From Dehalococcoidia bacterium (GTDB lineage: Bacteria > Chloroflexota > Dehalococcoidia > DSTF01 > JACRBR01): a stretch of DNA of 56,380 nt. Location: contig JBGQBE010000016.1 of the NCBI GenBank assembly GCA_041494685.1, positions 1 to 56,380 on the forward strand, read 5' to 3'. The number at the start of each line of letters is the position of its first letter. Within the stretch, counting starts at the first letter, position 1. Position numbers and translations under genes: made by a program. Shown here one piece after another: positions 18,420 to 27,393 of this stretch. Below the pieces are notes generated by a model that was given only the letters and a program-made list of their open reading frames with translations, had not been told where the DNA came from and searched no databases.

Positions 18420-21236
18420 TCACACGATGATCTTGCGCACGTCCGCCCGCGTACCGCGGCACGCGGGGGCCGGCTGCCACTCGTTCGGCCAGTACTTCAG
18501 GTGGCCGTAGCCTCCCGCGAGGTGCAGCGGCTTGATCATGCCGGGCTCGATGTCGGACGGACCGTTCCAGTTCGGGAACTGGTACGGCTCCCAGCCGTTG
18601 TACATGATGATCTGGCCGGGCCGCGCCGACGGCGACGTCTTGATCGGCGTCCGGTACGAGCCCACGTCGTTGAACACTTCGACGACTTCGTTGTCTTCGA
18701 GGTCGCGCGCCGCGGCGTCGCTCGGGTTCATCACCAGGTGCGGCTCGCCGCGGTGCGTCTGCAGCATGAGCTTGTTGACGATGTTCACCGAGTGGAGGCT
18801 CCAGCGGTTGTGGCCGCTCGTGATCAGCAGCGGGTAGTCGCCGCCGGCCTTCGGCGGCTCCTTGTGCCGCGGCAGATGCTCGTCCGCCTCGAGGAACCAG
18901 TCGTGGTCGATGTAGAACTGCGCGCGGCGCGTCAGCGTCGGGTACGGGTATTTCTTCTCGGTGTGGTTGCGGAACGGCGTGAACGTGCTATCGGGTTCGA
19001 TGTCGCTGGCCTGGCCCTGCGCGCGGGCGGTCATGCCGAGACCGGTGAAGCGGATAAAGCCCTTGTCGCGCACGGTGTCCAGGCCCGAACCTTCCGGCAA
19101 CGCACCGGTGATGATCGTGTCCTTGATCATCTCGTCGGCGAGCGCTTCCTCGTCGATCAGCGTGTTGCCGTTGCGGGCGTAGCCGTTGTTGAAGGAGTAG
19201 CGCTGGTAGAGATCGTCGAGGCGGCGTTCCACGCCGGCGCCGTCCTTGTAGGTGAGGAAGTTGCGCGCCTTCGCGCGGCGTTCGACCGCCTGGCTCAGCA
19301 TCCCGAAGATCTCCAGCTCCGACTTCGACTCGTCGATCGGCTCGACGACCTTGTCGCAGAAGGTGAGGTTGAGCGTATGTGTGCTGGGGATGCCGAAGCT
19401 GATCTTCTCGTACTGGGCGGCCATCGGCAGCGCGTAGTCGGACTCCAGCGCGGTCGCGCTCATGCGGTAGTCAATCGTCGCGATTGTCTTGAGCTTGGGC
19501 CAGAGGTGCTTGACCAGCATCTTGCGGCCGCCGCGCGTGCGACGGAGCGCGTTGCCGCCGCACTCGATGAAAACGCGTGGCTCGACGGCCTTGCCGGGGA
19601 CGCCGGCCCACCAGCCCCGCTTCAACGCCTCGTTGTAGTAGCTGTCGAACGTGCGCGGCATCGACTCGTCGTGCCAGCTCGCCTGGTTCCAGTTCTTCTT
19701 GAAGCCGGCGTGGTTGTACCAGAGGAAGACCGGCGGCACCCAGCCCGTAGCGCCGTTGTTGGCCGACCGCTTCGTGAACTCGATCGTCGCCAGTTCCTGC
19801 GTCATCGTCGGATCTTCGGCGCGCACGCCCGCGACGAACGACTGGTAGCCGTTGTAGAGCATCTTCGTCATCTCTGGTCCCGCGGCCGGCTTTGCCATGG
19901 ACATGAACCAGCCGTCGAAGAGCGCAGCAACCCATGCCTGAACGCCGGTGCCCTTGCGGCCCCAGTTGCCGGTAAGGGCGAGCAGCAGGAGCTGCGAGCG
20001 CTCGATGAGATCGCCGTGGTAGTACTTGCCTGCGTTGTTCAGGCTCCCAAGCGTCTTCGTGCGGCCGCGTGCGACTTTACGCCCGAGCTCGCGGATCGTA
20101 CCGGCATCGACGCCGCAGATCACAGACGCCTTCTCCGGCGTGTAGTCCTTCAGCCGGGCGACCATGCGCCCGTAGACGGGGCTGGCGGTGATTTTCGAGC
20201 CGTCCTTCAGCGTCACGCTGACCTTGCCGGTGAGCGCCGGGTCGACCTTGCCCAGCTTCAGCGTGTCGCGCGGCGCAGGCGCGATGGCCTTGGTCTTCAG
20301 GTCGAGCCAGAAGAACTGCTCCGCGTGGCCGCCTTCTTTCAGGTCGGCCTCAACGAGCAAGCGCTCGTTGTCGTCGCGCACGAGCAGCGGCAAATCGGTC
20401 TGATCCTTCACGAACTTCTCGTGCACCAGGCCTTCTTCGATGACCGTGGCGGCCATGCCGAGCGCGAACGCGGCGTCGGTGCCGGGCTTGACGCCGACGT
20501 AGTAGTCCGCGTGCATGGCGGACGGCGAGTAGTCGGGCGCTACCGTGACGATGGTGGCGCCGCGGTAGCGCGCCTCGGTGATGAAGTGCTGGTGCGGGAT
20601 CCGCGTGTACGCCGGGTTCGAGAACCAGATGAAGAAGACGTCTGCGTGGAACCAGTCGTCGGTACTGCTGACGGGGTCGAACTTGCCGTACGTCAGGTAG
20701 TGGCCCGGCGAGAAGTCGTTCATCTCGGCGTTGAGGTCGGTGGTGAGGCCGCCGATTTGGCCGAAGAATCGCCCGCGCGCGGTGGCGCCCCACGTGCTCA
20801 TGTTGCAGCCGGAGAGCGCGATCATCGACTCCGGGCCCTGGTCCTGGATCGCGTCGATGATGCCGTCGGCGATCTCGTTGCACGCCTGCTCCCACGAGAT
20901 CCGCTGCCACTCGCCGGAGCCGCGCTCGCCGATCCGCTTCGCCGGATGGCGCAGGCGCTCGCCGCCGGTGAGCGTGTGGCTCCAGCCAGCGCCCTTCTGG
21001 CAGCCCATGGGGTTCATGTCGGGGACGCCGGCCTCGATGACCGGCAGCGTGCCGGCCTGTTCCTCGAAGGCGATCTTCCCGTCGCGCAGGTACACCCGAT
21101 ACGGGCAGTTGCCCGGATAGCAGTCGATGCAGTGGCTGGCCCAGACCGCCCGGTCGAACTTGAAACGGTCACGATGACGTGCCTCGGTGACCGGTGCGTG
21201 ATCTACCGAGTGCTTGGGCCTCGCTACGGTTGCCAT
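18420..21236 (-). CDS. Mo-bisPGD oxidoreductase alpha subunit 2 (EbdA-like), no Tat signal
   Basis: ASHCIDCYPGNC, NPMGCQKG, EMND and TLTRRAQFYIDH; ATG 21236 after GGGAGG. Confidence 0.92.
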   Translation of the reverse strand: MATVARPKHSVDHAPVTEARHRDRFKFDRAVWASHCIDCYPGNCPYRVYLRDGKIAFEEQAGTLPVIEAGVPDMNPMGCQKGAGWSHTLTGGERLRHPAKRIGERGSGEWQRISWEQACNEIADGIIDAIQDQGPESMIALSGCNMSTWGATARGRFFGQIGGLTTDLNAEMNDFSPGHYLTYGKFDPVSSTDDWFHADVFFIWFSNPAYTRIPHQHFITEARYRGATIVTVAPDYSPSAMHADYYVGVKPGTDAAFALGMAATVIEEGLVHEKFVKDQTDLPLLVRDDNERLLVEADLKEGGHAEQFFWLDLKTKAIAPAPRDTLKLGKVDPALTGKVSVTLKDGSKITASPVYGRMVARLKDYTPEKASVICGVDAGTIRELGRKVARGRTKTLGSLNNAGKYYHGDLIERSQLLLLALTGNWGRKGTGVQAWVAALFDGWFMSMAKPAAGPEMTKMLYNGYQSFVAGVRAEDPTMTQELATIEFTKRSANNGATGWVPPVFLWYNHAGFKKNWNQASWHDESMPRTFDSYYNEALKRGWWAGVPGKAVEPRVFIECGGNALRRTRGGRKMLVKHLWPKLKTIATIDYRMSATALESDYALPMAAQYEKISFGIPSTHTLNLTFCDKVVEPIDESKSELEIFGMLSQAVERRAKARNFLTYKDGAGVERRLDDLYQRYSFNNGYARNGNTLIDEEALADEMIKDTIITGALPEGSGLDTVRDKGFIRFTGLGMTARAQGQASDIEPDSTFTPFRNHTEKKYPYPTLTRRAQFYIDHDWFLEADEHLPRHKEPPKAGGDYPLLITSGHNRWSLHSVNIVNKLMLQTHRGEPHLVMNPSDAAARDLEDNEVVEVFNDVGSYRTPIKTSPSARPGQIIMYNGWEPYQFPNWNGPSDIEPGMIKPLHLAGGYGHLKYWPNEWQPAPACRGTRADVRKIIV

Positions 21237-21296
21237 GTCATGCCTCCCACGGGAGGCCGGGTGCGACCACTGTGCGGCCACCCGCGCACCGCGACA

Positions 21297-21377
21297 AGGG
21301 CCGTAACGCCGGTCGCGGGGGCCGAATGGCCTGTCCACATGCCGTCGGCTGGCTGAGTAGCCGCGACGATCGGCCCT
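21297..21377. promoter_or_regulatory. Cluster of DosR/OsdR-like boxes in a divergent promoter
   Basis: GGGGCCGAATGGCCTG (21318-21333), CGCGACGATCGGCCCT (21362-21377) and weaker AGGGCCGTAACGCCGG (21297-21312). Confidence 0.6.
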
Positions 21378-21415
21378 AGTCGCGCCCCTGCGGCGGGCGT
21401 GATAGTGGCCGCACG

Positions 21416-22522
21416 ATGCCGCAGATTATTCGCTTCATCGGCAGATCCGGGTCCGGCAAGACGACGCTCTTGCGCGACGTGATCAGGCTGCTGCGTGCCG
21501 ACGGCGTACGAATTGCCGCATTCAAGCACGCCCACCACCGCGTGGACCTCGACCGCAAAGGCAAAGACTCCTTCCGCTTCGCCGCCGCCGGCGCCGACTT
21601 CGTGACGGTCGTCTCACCGGACAAGCTGGCGACGTTCGAAGCGAGGGCCAAAGAGCCCGGGCTGCTGGAGCTCGCGAGCCGCGTCGGCGATGACATCGAC
21701 GTGATTCTCGCCGAGGGGTTCCACGACGTCGCGGCGCCCTACTTCCTGGTGCTGGCGCCGGGCAGGGAAGACGACCGCTCGCCCGACGACGAGCCCGGCG
21801 AGCGCCTGGGCGTCATCGGCTCCACCGCTGGCAACGGGGCGACCGCACGCTTCGACCGCGGCGACGCGGCGGGCATCGCGCGCCACATCGCCGCCTGGCT
21901 GCGCGCCCAGGACGGCCGCGAAGCGGAGCTGGAGCGCGCTCTGCGCGAGGCCCAGGCGTTCCACGGCCACCTCTGCCCCGGCCAGGTGCTGGGCGTGCGC
22001 CTCGCGCTCCTGGGATGCCGCGCCGTCGGCGTCGCGAATCCGCAGGCGTCGAAGAAGCTGATCTGCTGGGTCGAGATCGACCGCTGCGGCGCGGACGCCG
22101 TGCAGACGGTCACCGGCTGCAAGCCGGGCAAGCGCACGTTGAAGATCATCGACTACGGCAAGCTTGCGGCGACCTTCCTCGACACGGAGAGCGGCCGCGC
22201 GGTGCGCGTCGTCGCACGCGCCGACTCGCGCGAGCGGGCCGCCACACTCTATCCCGAGCTGCCTCACCGCGACGCCCAGATGGCCGCGTACCGCGCGATG
22301 TCCGACGAAGAGCTGTTCACCGTCCAGTCCGTCTCGGTGACGCTCGGTGAATTCGACAGGCCCGGCAAGCCCGTCATGCGCGTGCGCTGCTCGATCTGCG
22401 ACGAAGAGGTGAACGACAACCGCCACATCGATGGCGACGACGGCCCGGTCTGCCGGGCCTGCGCCGGCGGCGCGTACTACGATCACGTCGTCGCACCCGC
22501 GGAGGCGAACGTGCCATGGTAA
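21416..22522 (+). CDS. MobB-FmdE/FwdE fusion with C-terminal C4 zinc finger
   Basis: GRSGSGKTT...KHAHH...GKDS...AEGF (MobB); FHGHLCPG, EIDRCGADAVQ and GKRTL (FmdE); CSIC...CRAC. Confidence 0.87.
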   Translation: MPQIIRFIGRSGSGKTTLLRDVIRLLRADGVRIAAFKHAHHRVDLDRKGKDSFRFAAAGADFVTVVSPDKLATFEARAKEPGLLELASRVGDDIDVILAEGFHDVAAPYFLVLAPGREDDRSPDDEPGERLGVIGSTAGNGATARFDRGDAAGIARHIAAWLRAQDGREAELERALREAQAFHGHLCPGQVLGVRLALLGCRAVGVANPQASKKLICWVEIDRCGADAVQTVTGCKPGKRTLKIIDYGKLAATFLDTESGRAVRVVARADSRERAATLYPELPHRDAQMAAYRAMSDEELFTVQSVSVTLGEFDRPGKPVMRVRCSICDEEVNDNRHIDGDDGPVCRACAGGAYYDHVVAPAEANVPW

Positions 22523-23169
22523 CCGCCGCGCGCGTCTCAGCACCCACTGACACTCTCCTCGACCCCGGCGCGGAGGCGTGGCGCGGCCTGGGGACGCAGC
22601 GGATCCAGCTCCTGGCGTCGCCGCTCCAGTTGCAACCGTCCGAATACGTGCAGACGAAATGGGCCGCGTTGCGCCACGGCGACACGAAAGAGATTCGCGT
22701 CGCCGCGGCGCACAACCGGCAGTCCATCTTCTTCCGCCTGGAGTGGGACGACCCGATCGACGACAGCCACCCGAACGACATGGCGGACTTCCCGGACCAG
22801 GCGGGCGTGATGCTGCCACTCAAGGACGACGCGGTGATGGAGCAGATGGGCGACCCGGCGAAGCCCGTCAACATGTGGCTCTGGCGGGGTGACGTCGAGA
22901 CGCCGTTCTACGTCACGGCGGAAGGCCGCGGAACCGCGACGCGCCACGCCGAGTCACCGCTGAGCGCGCGCGGCGTCTGGAACAACGGCATCTGGTCTGT
23001 CGTGATCAGCCGCCCGTTCAATGTGAACCTGCCCGCGGCGTTCGTCGTGCCGCTCGCGCCGGGCATGACGCACAAGTGCTCGTTCGCGGTGTGGCAGGGA
23101 TCGAACAAGGAGCGCGGCGGCCTCAAAGCCTACGCGCCCGTATGGCAGCCACTGGAGATTCAGCCATGA
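22516..23169 (+). CDS. Gamma subunit 1 (EbdC-like heme b DOMON domain)
   Basis: RLEWDD, FPDQAG, QMGDPAKPVN.W.W (Met) and AVWQGSNKERGGLK (Lys); both heme ligands present. Confidence 0.88.
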   Translation: MVTAARVSAPTDTLLDPGAEAWRGLGTQRIQLLASPLQLQPSEYVQTKWAALRHGDTKEIRVAAAHNRQSIFFRLEWDDPIDDSHPNDMADFPDQAGVMLPLKDDAVMEQMGDPAKPVNMWLWRGDVETPFYVTAEGRGTATRHAESPLSARGVWNNGIWSVVISRPFNVNLPAAFVVPLAPGMTHKCSFAVWQGSNKERGGLKAYAPVWQPLEIQP

Positions 23170-23840
23170 CCATGAGCACGGCGACACCCGCACCACCGGT
23201 CGACGAGGCCACTGCCGCCCGCTCCGAACTCTACGGACTGCTGGCGGACGCGCTGGACTTCCCCAGCCGCGACTTCCACATGCAGGTCGAAGCCGGCTTG
23301 TTCCGCGATGAAGTCGAGGCGCTCCTGGCGGCGCTGCCGTACGAGGTAGATGCCAGGGACGCGATCGCCGGCCTGGCGGACGCCGGCGACTACCTCTCGT
23401 TCCAGGGCGAATACATCCGCCTGTTCGACGTGGGCACCGTCCGCCCGCCATGCCCGCTCTACGACGGCGAGTGGGGCGGCGCACGCAAGCACTCGATGGA
23501 GGACGTCCTGCGCTTCTACCGGTTCTTCGGCCTGAAGATGGACGCGGGCACGCACGAGCTGCCGGATCACGTGACGATCGAGTTCGAGTTCATGAAAGTG
23601 CTCGCGTTCCTCGACGGCATGGCGGCCGCGCGCGACGCGGACACGACCCCGCTCTTCCGCGCCGAGCGCGATTTCCTGGAGCGGCATCCCGCACGGTGGT
23701 GGCCGCTGCTCTGCCGCAAGCTCCCCGGCCACGGGCCGCCGCCGTTCTACGCCGGCATGGCGACGCTGGTCGGCACGGTACTCCAGGCCGACCTCGCGTA
23801 CGTGAAAGCTGCGATCGCCAACGCACCGTCCGCCGCGTGA
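23166..23840 (+). CDS. Molybdoenzyme chaperone (TorD/EbdD/NarJ family)
   Basis: EYIRLFDVG, PLY, RFYRFFG, ELPDHVTIEFEFM and FLERH; ATGA overlap. Confidence 0.9.
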   Translation: MTMSTATPAPPVDEATAARSELYGLLADALDFPSRDFHMQVEAGLFRDEVEALLAALPYEVDARDAIAGLADAGDYLSFQGEYIRLFDVGTVRPPCPLYDGEWGGARKHSMEDVLRFYRFFGLKMDAGTHELPDHVTIEFEFMKVLAFLDGMAAARDADTTPLFRAERDFLERHPARWWPLLCRKLPGHGPPPFYAGMATLVGTVLQADLAYVKAAIANAPSAA

Positions 23841-23853
23841 CGCGCGCCACTCG

Positions 23854-24321
23854 TTAAGACGCCGGCTGCGCCGGCGGCCGCATCGACTCCGGCACCTTGA
23901 GGAACGCGTACGTCTGCGCCGTAAAGAGCGGCCGCGACCACTTCACACCGAGCTTGAGCTGCCGCTTCAGTAGAGCCACGTACGCGTTCGCAACCCCGAT
24001 CAGCGTCTCCGTCTGCAGCTTCAGCGGGCCGGTGATCCTGCCGTCGAGATCGGTGTCGAAGCCGTTCTTGATCGTCAGGCCGTCGTCGCCGAAGACCAGG
24101 GTCACCAGCGCCTCTGGCTCGGTCGAATGCAGGCCCAGCTTGCCGCGGATCTTGCCCGCCGCGACGGCCTTCGTGGGATCGCCCTCGACAATCCCTTCGA
24201 TGTGCTGCTTCAGCAGCTTCGCGAAGATGTTCGCCGCTTCCTCACCATCGGCGAGCGTGACGCGGAGCGCGCTCGCCTGCGCGGCCGCCGACGGCGCGGA
24301 CATCGTCTGGTTCATCATCAT
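23854..24321 (-). CDS. Hypothetical protein, possibly SCP2 (sterol-carrier)-like
   Basis: 155 aa, translationally coupled to alpha 3; the pattern VTLVF..G.TI..G...D..ITG...NAYVALLKRQLKL resembles SCP2 domains. Confidence 0.55.
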   Translation of the reverse strand: MMMNQTMSAPSAAAQASALRVTLADGEEAANIFAKLLKQHIEGIVEGDPTKAVAAGKIRGKLGLHSTEPEALVTLVFGDDGLTIKNGFDTDLDGRITGPLKLQTETLIGVANAYVALLKRQLKLGVKWSRPLFTAQTYAFLKVPESMRPPAQPAS

Positions 24322-27128
24322 CCTCCGTTCTGGCTTGCGGCAGGGATTTTCTCGATTTGCACCTTCTGCGCGCGCGGCGTGTGGCTTGGCTGGCCCAGGA
24401 TCGGCCGGAACGCCAGGTGCCCGTAGCCGCCAAGCATGTGGATCGGCTTGAACGCGCCCGTGACGATGTTCTGGCTGCTGTTCCAGTCCTCGAACTGGTA
24501 GGGCTCCCACGCGTGGTAGATGATCGCCTGCCCCGGCTGGACGGCCGGCGACGGTTTCACGTGCACCACGTAGCTGCCGATGTCGTTCGACACGCGCACG
24601 CGGTCGTGATCGTGGATGTCGCGGTCCAGCGCGTCCCGCTCGCTCATGTAGAGGACGGGCTCGCCGCGCTGCAGGTTGAGCAGCGTCTTGTTCGCACGGA
24701 AGATGGCGTGGATGCTGTGCCGCGTGTGGCCGCCCGTCACCTCGATGGGGTAGTCGCCGCCGCCGTTTGGATTGTCCTTGTGCACGGGCAACGCTTCGCC
24801 GGCGTCGATGTACCACGGATGATCGAGATAGAACTGCTGGCGGCCCGTGAGCGTCGGCCACGGCTCCTTGCCCTCCACGAACCACTTCAGCGGCGCCAGC
24901 GCTTCGCCGTCCTCCAGGTCGGAGCACATCGCCGTGATCGGGCCATAGCTGCCGGTCGATTTGACGTGAATCGCGCCCTTCTCGGCGATCTCTTTCCAAG
25001 ACACGCCGGCCAGCGGCTGCGACATGCTGATCGTAACGTCGAGCGCCTTGGCGGCGTCACCTTCCTCGAACTCTCCGTTGAGGCTCCAGTCGTCGTAGAT
25101 GCGCGTGAGGTCGTGATTCATGCCCAGCGCGTCGACGTACGGCGTCTCCTCGCGCTGCACGGCGCGCTCCTGGATCTTCTTCGCGAGCCGCGCCATGATG
25201 TCGAACTCCGGCAGCGACTCGTACAGCGGCTCGACGGCCGCTTCGCCGACGCAGATGTACGGCACGAGCGACTGCGTGAACTTGATGCCGTGCTTCTCGT
25301 GCCAGCCCGCGGCGGGCAGGATGATGTCGGCCTGCATGGCCGAGCTGGACATGCGGAACTCCCACGTCGCGATCATCTCCAGCTCCTCCCAGAGATTCGC
25401 GCGGATGATGTGCGGCGCGGGCCAGCGGCGCAGCGGGTTCATGCTCGTGAAGAGAAACACCTTCGGCTTCGGACCGACCGGCATCCACTTGTTGTCGAAG
25501 GCCTCTTTGGCGTACTCGGCGACGGGCTTCGGCAGCGCCGGATCCTGGAACGCCATGTTATCGACCACCTTGCGGTAACCGGCATCGTGCGCATATAGCC
25601 AGGCCATCGTCGGCGCGCTGCTCGACATCTTGGGAGCCATAGTCTTCATGAGCTTCTCGACGTCGCGCACCTTCGGCCGCTGCCCGGGCGCCGCCGCCTG
25701 CCCGATCATCGCGAGCTGGCCCTTGTCGTAGTTCAGCGGCATGTTCCACCAGGCGCCGATGCGGAGGCCGCCACCCTGCTTGCCCGTGTGGCCGGCAAGC
25801 GCCGAGATGAGGATCATCGAGCGCTGGAACAGGTCCATGTGGTAGTGCTTGCAGGCGCCCCACGACGCGAAGATCGACGCGGCATTCGCATTCGCGTACC
25901 CGCGGGCGACGCTGCGAATGGTATCGGGATGGACGCCCGTGATCGTCTGGACCTTCTCCGGCGTGTAGTCGGCCAGCAGCGTCTGGAGCCGCTCCCAGAC
26001 CGGCCGCACCGTTACGGTCTTGCCGTCCGCGAGCGTCACTTTGTACTCGCCTTCGAGCGCCGGCTTCAGGTCGCCAAGCACGATGCTCGCTGTCGCATGG
26101 CCGAGCGTGCCGGGCGCTTCCTTGATCGACTTCGTCGCGGCGTCCCAGACGTAGAAGATCTCGTCGTTGCCGCCGGCGACCACGTCCGACTGGCGCAAGA
26201 AGCGCGCGTCGTCGTCGCGCACGAGGAACGGCAGGTCCGTCTGCTCCCGCACGTACTCGGCCTTGTACAGCTTCTCGTCGATGATCACCTTCGCCATGCC
26301 GAGCGCGAACGCGGCGTCGGTGGCCGTGCGGAGGTTGACCCAGGTGTCCGCATGCATCGCGGTGGGGTTGTAGTCCGGGGCGACCAGAACGATCTGCGCG
26401 CCGCGGTACCGTGACTCCAGCATGAAATGCGCATCGGGGATGCGCGTGTAGGCCGGATTACCGAGCCAGATCATGATGTAGTCGGAGTTGCAATAGTCGT
26501 CCGACGTGCCGTCGGCGTTGAAGAGGCCCCACGTCTGGATGGCGCCCATCGGCAGGTCGCCGACGCTCGCCCATTCGTCGAGCGACGTGGTGCCGACCAG
26601 CCCGGTCAGGCGGAACTGTGCCGGCGTGCCCGGGCCGAAGTCGATGTTCGTCGTGCCCATGTCGTAGACGATAGCCTCGGGGCCATCACTGGCGACGACG
26701 TCGAGGACCTTGTCGGCGATCTCCGTGAGCGCCTCGTCCCACGAGATCCGTTCCCACTTGCCGGAGCCGCGCGGGCCGACGCGGCGCATCGGGTACTTGA
26801 TCCGCGTGGCGTCGTACATCAGGTCGGCGTAGACCATGCCCTTCTGGCAGCCACGCGGGTTGAAGTCGGGGAGGTGGTCGCCTGACGCCTCGTAGATGGC
26901 GTTCTGCTCCTCGCGCCAGACGATGCCGTCCTTCACGAAGAGGTTCAGGGTGCAGGCGGCGATGCAGTCCGCCTGGTTGCAGGTGCCCTTGACCACGCGA
27001 TCCCACGTCCACTGATCGCGATAGACCGCTTCCGCGGAGGCATACGGCTCCTCGCCGCTGGGGTTCGTCTCGGCCGCAGTCAGTCGTCGGAGTGAAGGCG
27101 CGGCGGTTGGGTGGGCGCGCGGAACCAT
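24318..27128 (-). CDS. Mo-bisPGD oxidoreductase alpha subunit 3 (steroid C25 dehydrogenase-like), no complete Tat signal
   Basis: YRDQWTWD, GTCNQADCIAAC, PDFNPRGCQKG, SVGDLPMGAIQTWG and TLTGRQQFYLDH; ATG 27128 after GGAGGAG. Confidence 0.9.
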   Translation of the reverse strand: MVPRAHPTAAPSLRRLTAAETNPSGEEPYASAEAVYRDQWTWDRVVKGTCNQADCIAACTLNLFVKDGIVWREEQNAIYEASGDHLPDFNPRGCQKGMVYADLMYDATRIKYPMRRVGPRGSGKWERISWDEALTEIADKVLDVVASDGPEAIVYDMGTTNIDFGPGTPAQFRLTGLVGTTSLDEWASVGDLPMGAIQTWGLFNADGTSDDYCNSDYIMIWLGNPAYTRIPDAHFMLESRYRGAQIVLVAPDYNPTAMHADTWVNLRTATDAAFALGMAKVIIDEKLYKAEYVREQTDLPFLVRDDDARFLRQSDVVAGGNDEIFYVWDAATKSIKEAPGTLGHATASIVLGDLKPALEGEYKVTLADGKTVTVRPVWERLQTLLADYTPEKVQTITGVHPDTIRSVARGYANANAASIFASWGACKHYHMDLFQRSMILISALAGHTGKQGGGLRIGAWWNMPLNYDKGQLAMIGQAAAPGQRPKVRDVEKLMKTMAPKMSSSAPTMAWLYAHDAGYRKVVDNMAFQDPALPKPVAEYAKEAFDNKWMPVGPKPKVFLFTSMNPLRRWPAPHIIRANLWEELEMIATWEFRMSSSAMQADIILPAAGWHEKHGIKFTQSLVPYICVGEAAVEPLYESLPEFDIMARLAKKIQERAVQREETPYVDALGMNHDLTRIYDDWSLNGEFEEGDAAKALDVTISMSQPLAGVSWKEIAEKGAIHVKSTGSYGPITAMCSDLEDGEALAPLKWFVEGKEPWPTLTGRQQFYLDHPWYIDAGEALPVHKDNPNGGGDYPIEVTGGHTRHSIHAIFRANKTLLNLQRGEPVLYMSERDALDRDIHDHDRVRVSNDIGSYVVHVKPSPAVQPGQAIIYHAWEPYQFEDWNSSQNIVTGAFKPIHMLGGYGHLAFRPILGQPSHTPRAQKVQIEKIPAASQNGG

Positions 27129-27194
27129 GGCTCCTCCTGGAGTAGGGGAAGCCGGGGTCTCCGCGATTATCGCGGCAGCAGGGGTCGCCCGATA

Positions 27195-27210
27195 AGGGCC
27201 ACACGGCCCC
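27195..27210. promoter_or_regulatory. DosR/OsdR-like box
   Basis: AGGGCCACACGGCCCC in the alpha 3/alpha 4 divergent region; weaker copy at 27308-27323. Confidence 0.62.
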
Positions 27211-27328
27211 CTTTTGGCAGCGCCAGATCGCACTTCACAGCCGTGGACGCCCCCACGTATCGTCTCCGGCATAGGAACAAGCCCCGAGCCGTCCGGCCCG
27301 TCCGGCTCAGGTCATTCGGCTCTGACGA

Positions 27329-27356
27329 GCTTATTCTAGCAACTGCTAGATTAAGC
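27329..27356. promoter_or_regulatory. AT-rich 28-bp palindrome, putative repressor operator
   Basis: GCTTA-T-TCTAGCA-AC-TGCTAGA-T-TAAGC, one mismatched pair, 37 bp before alpha 4. Confidence 0.6.
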
Positions 27357-27393
27357 CTCAATCCAGACATCAGCCCAACGAAAAGAGGGTGGG

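Noticed and set aside
18369..21356. 995-aa plus-strand ORF, and similar long ORFs such as 27370..30183(-), 33264..35078(-) and 4205..6079(+)
   Set aside because: Antisense shadows of clear genes, expected from high-GC codon bias; no motifs.
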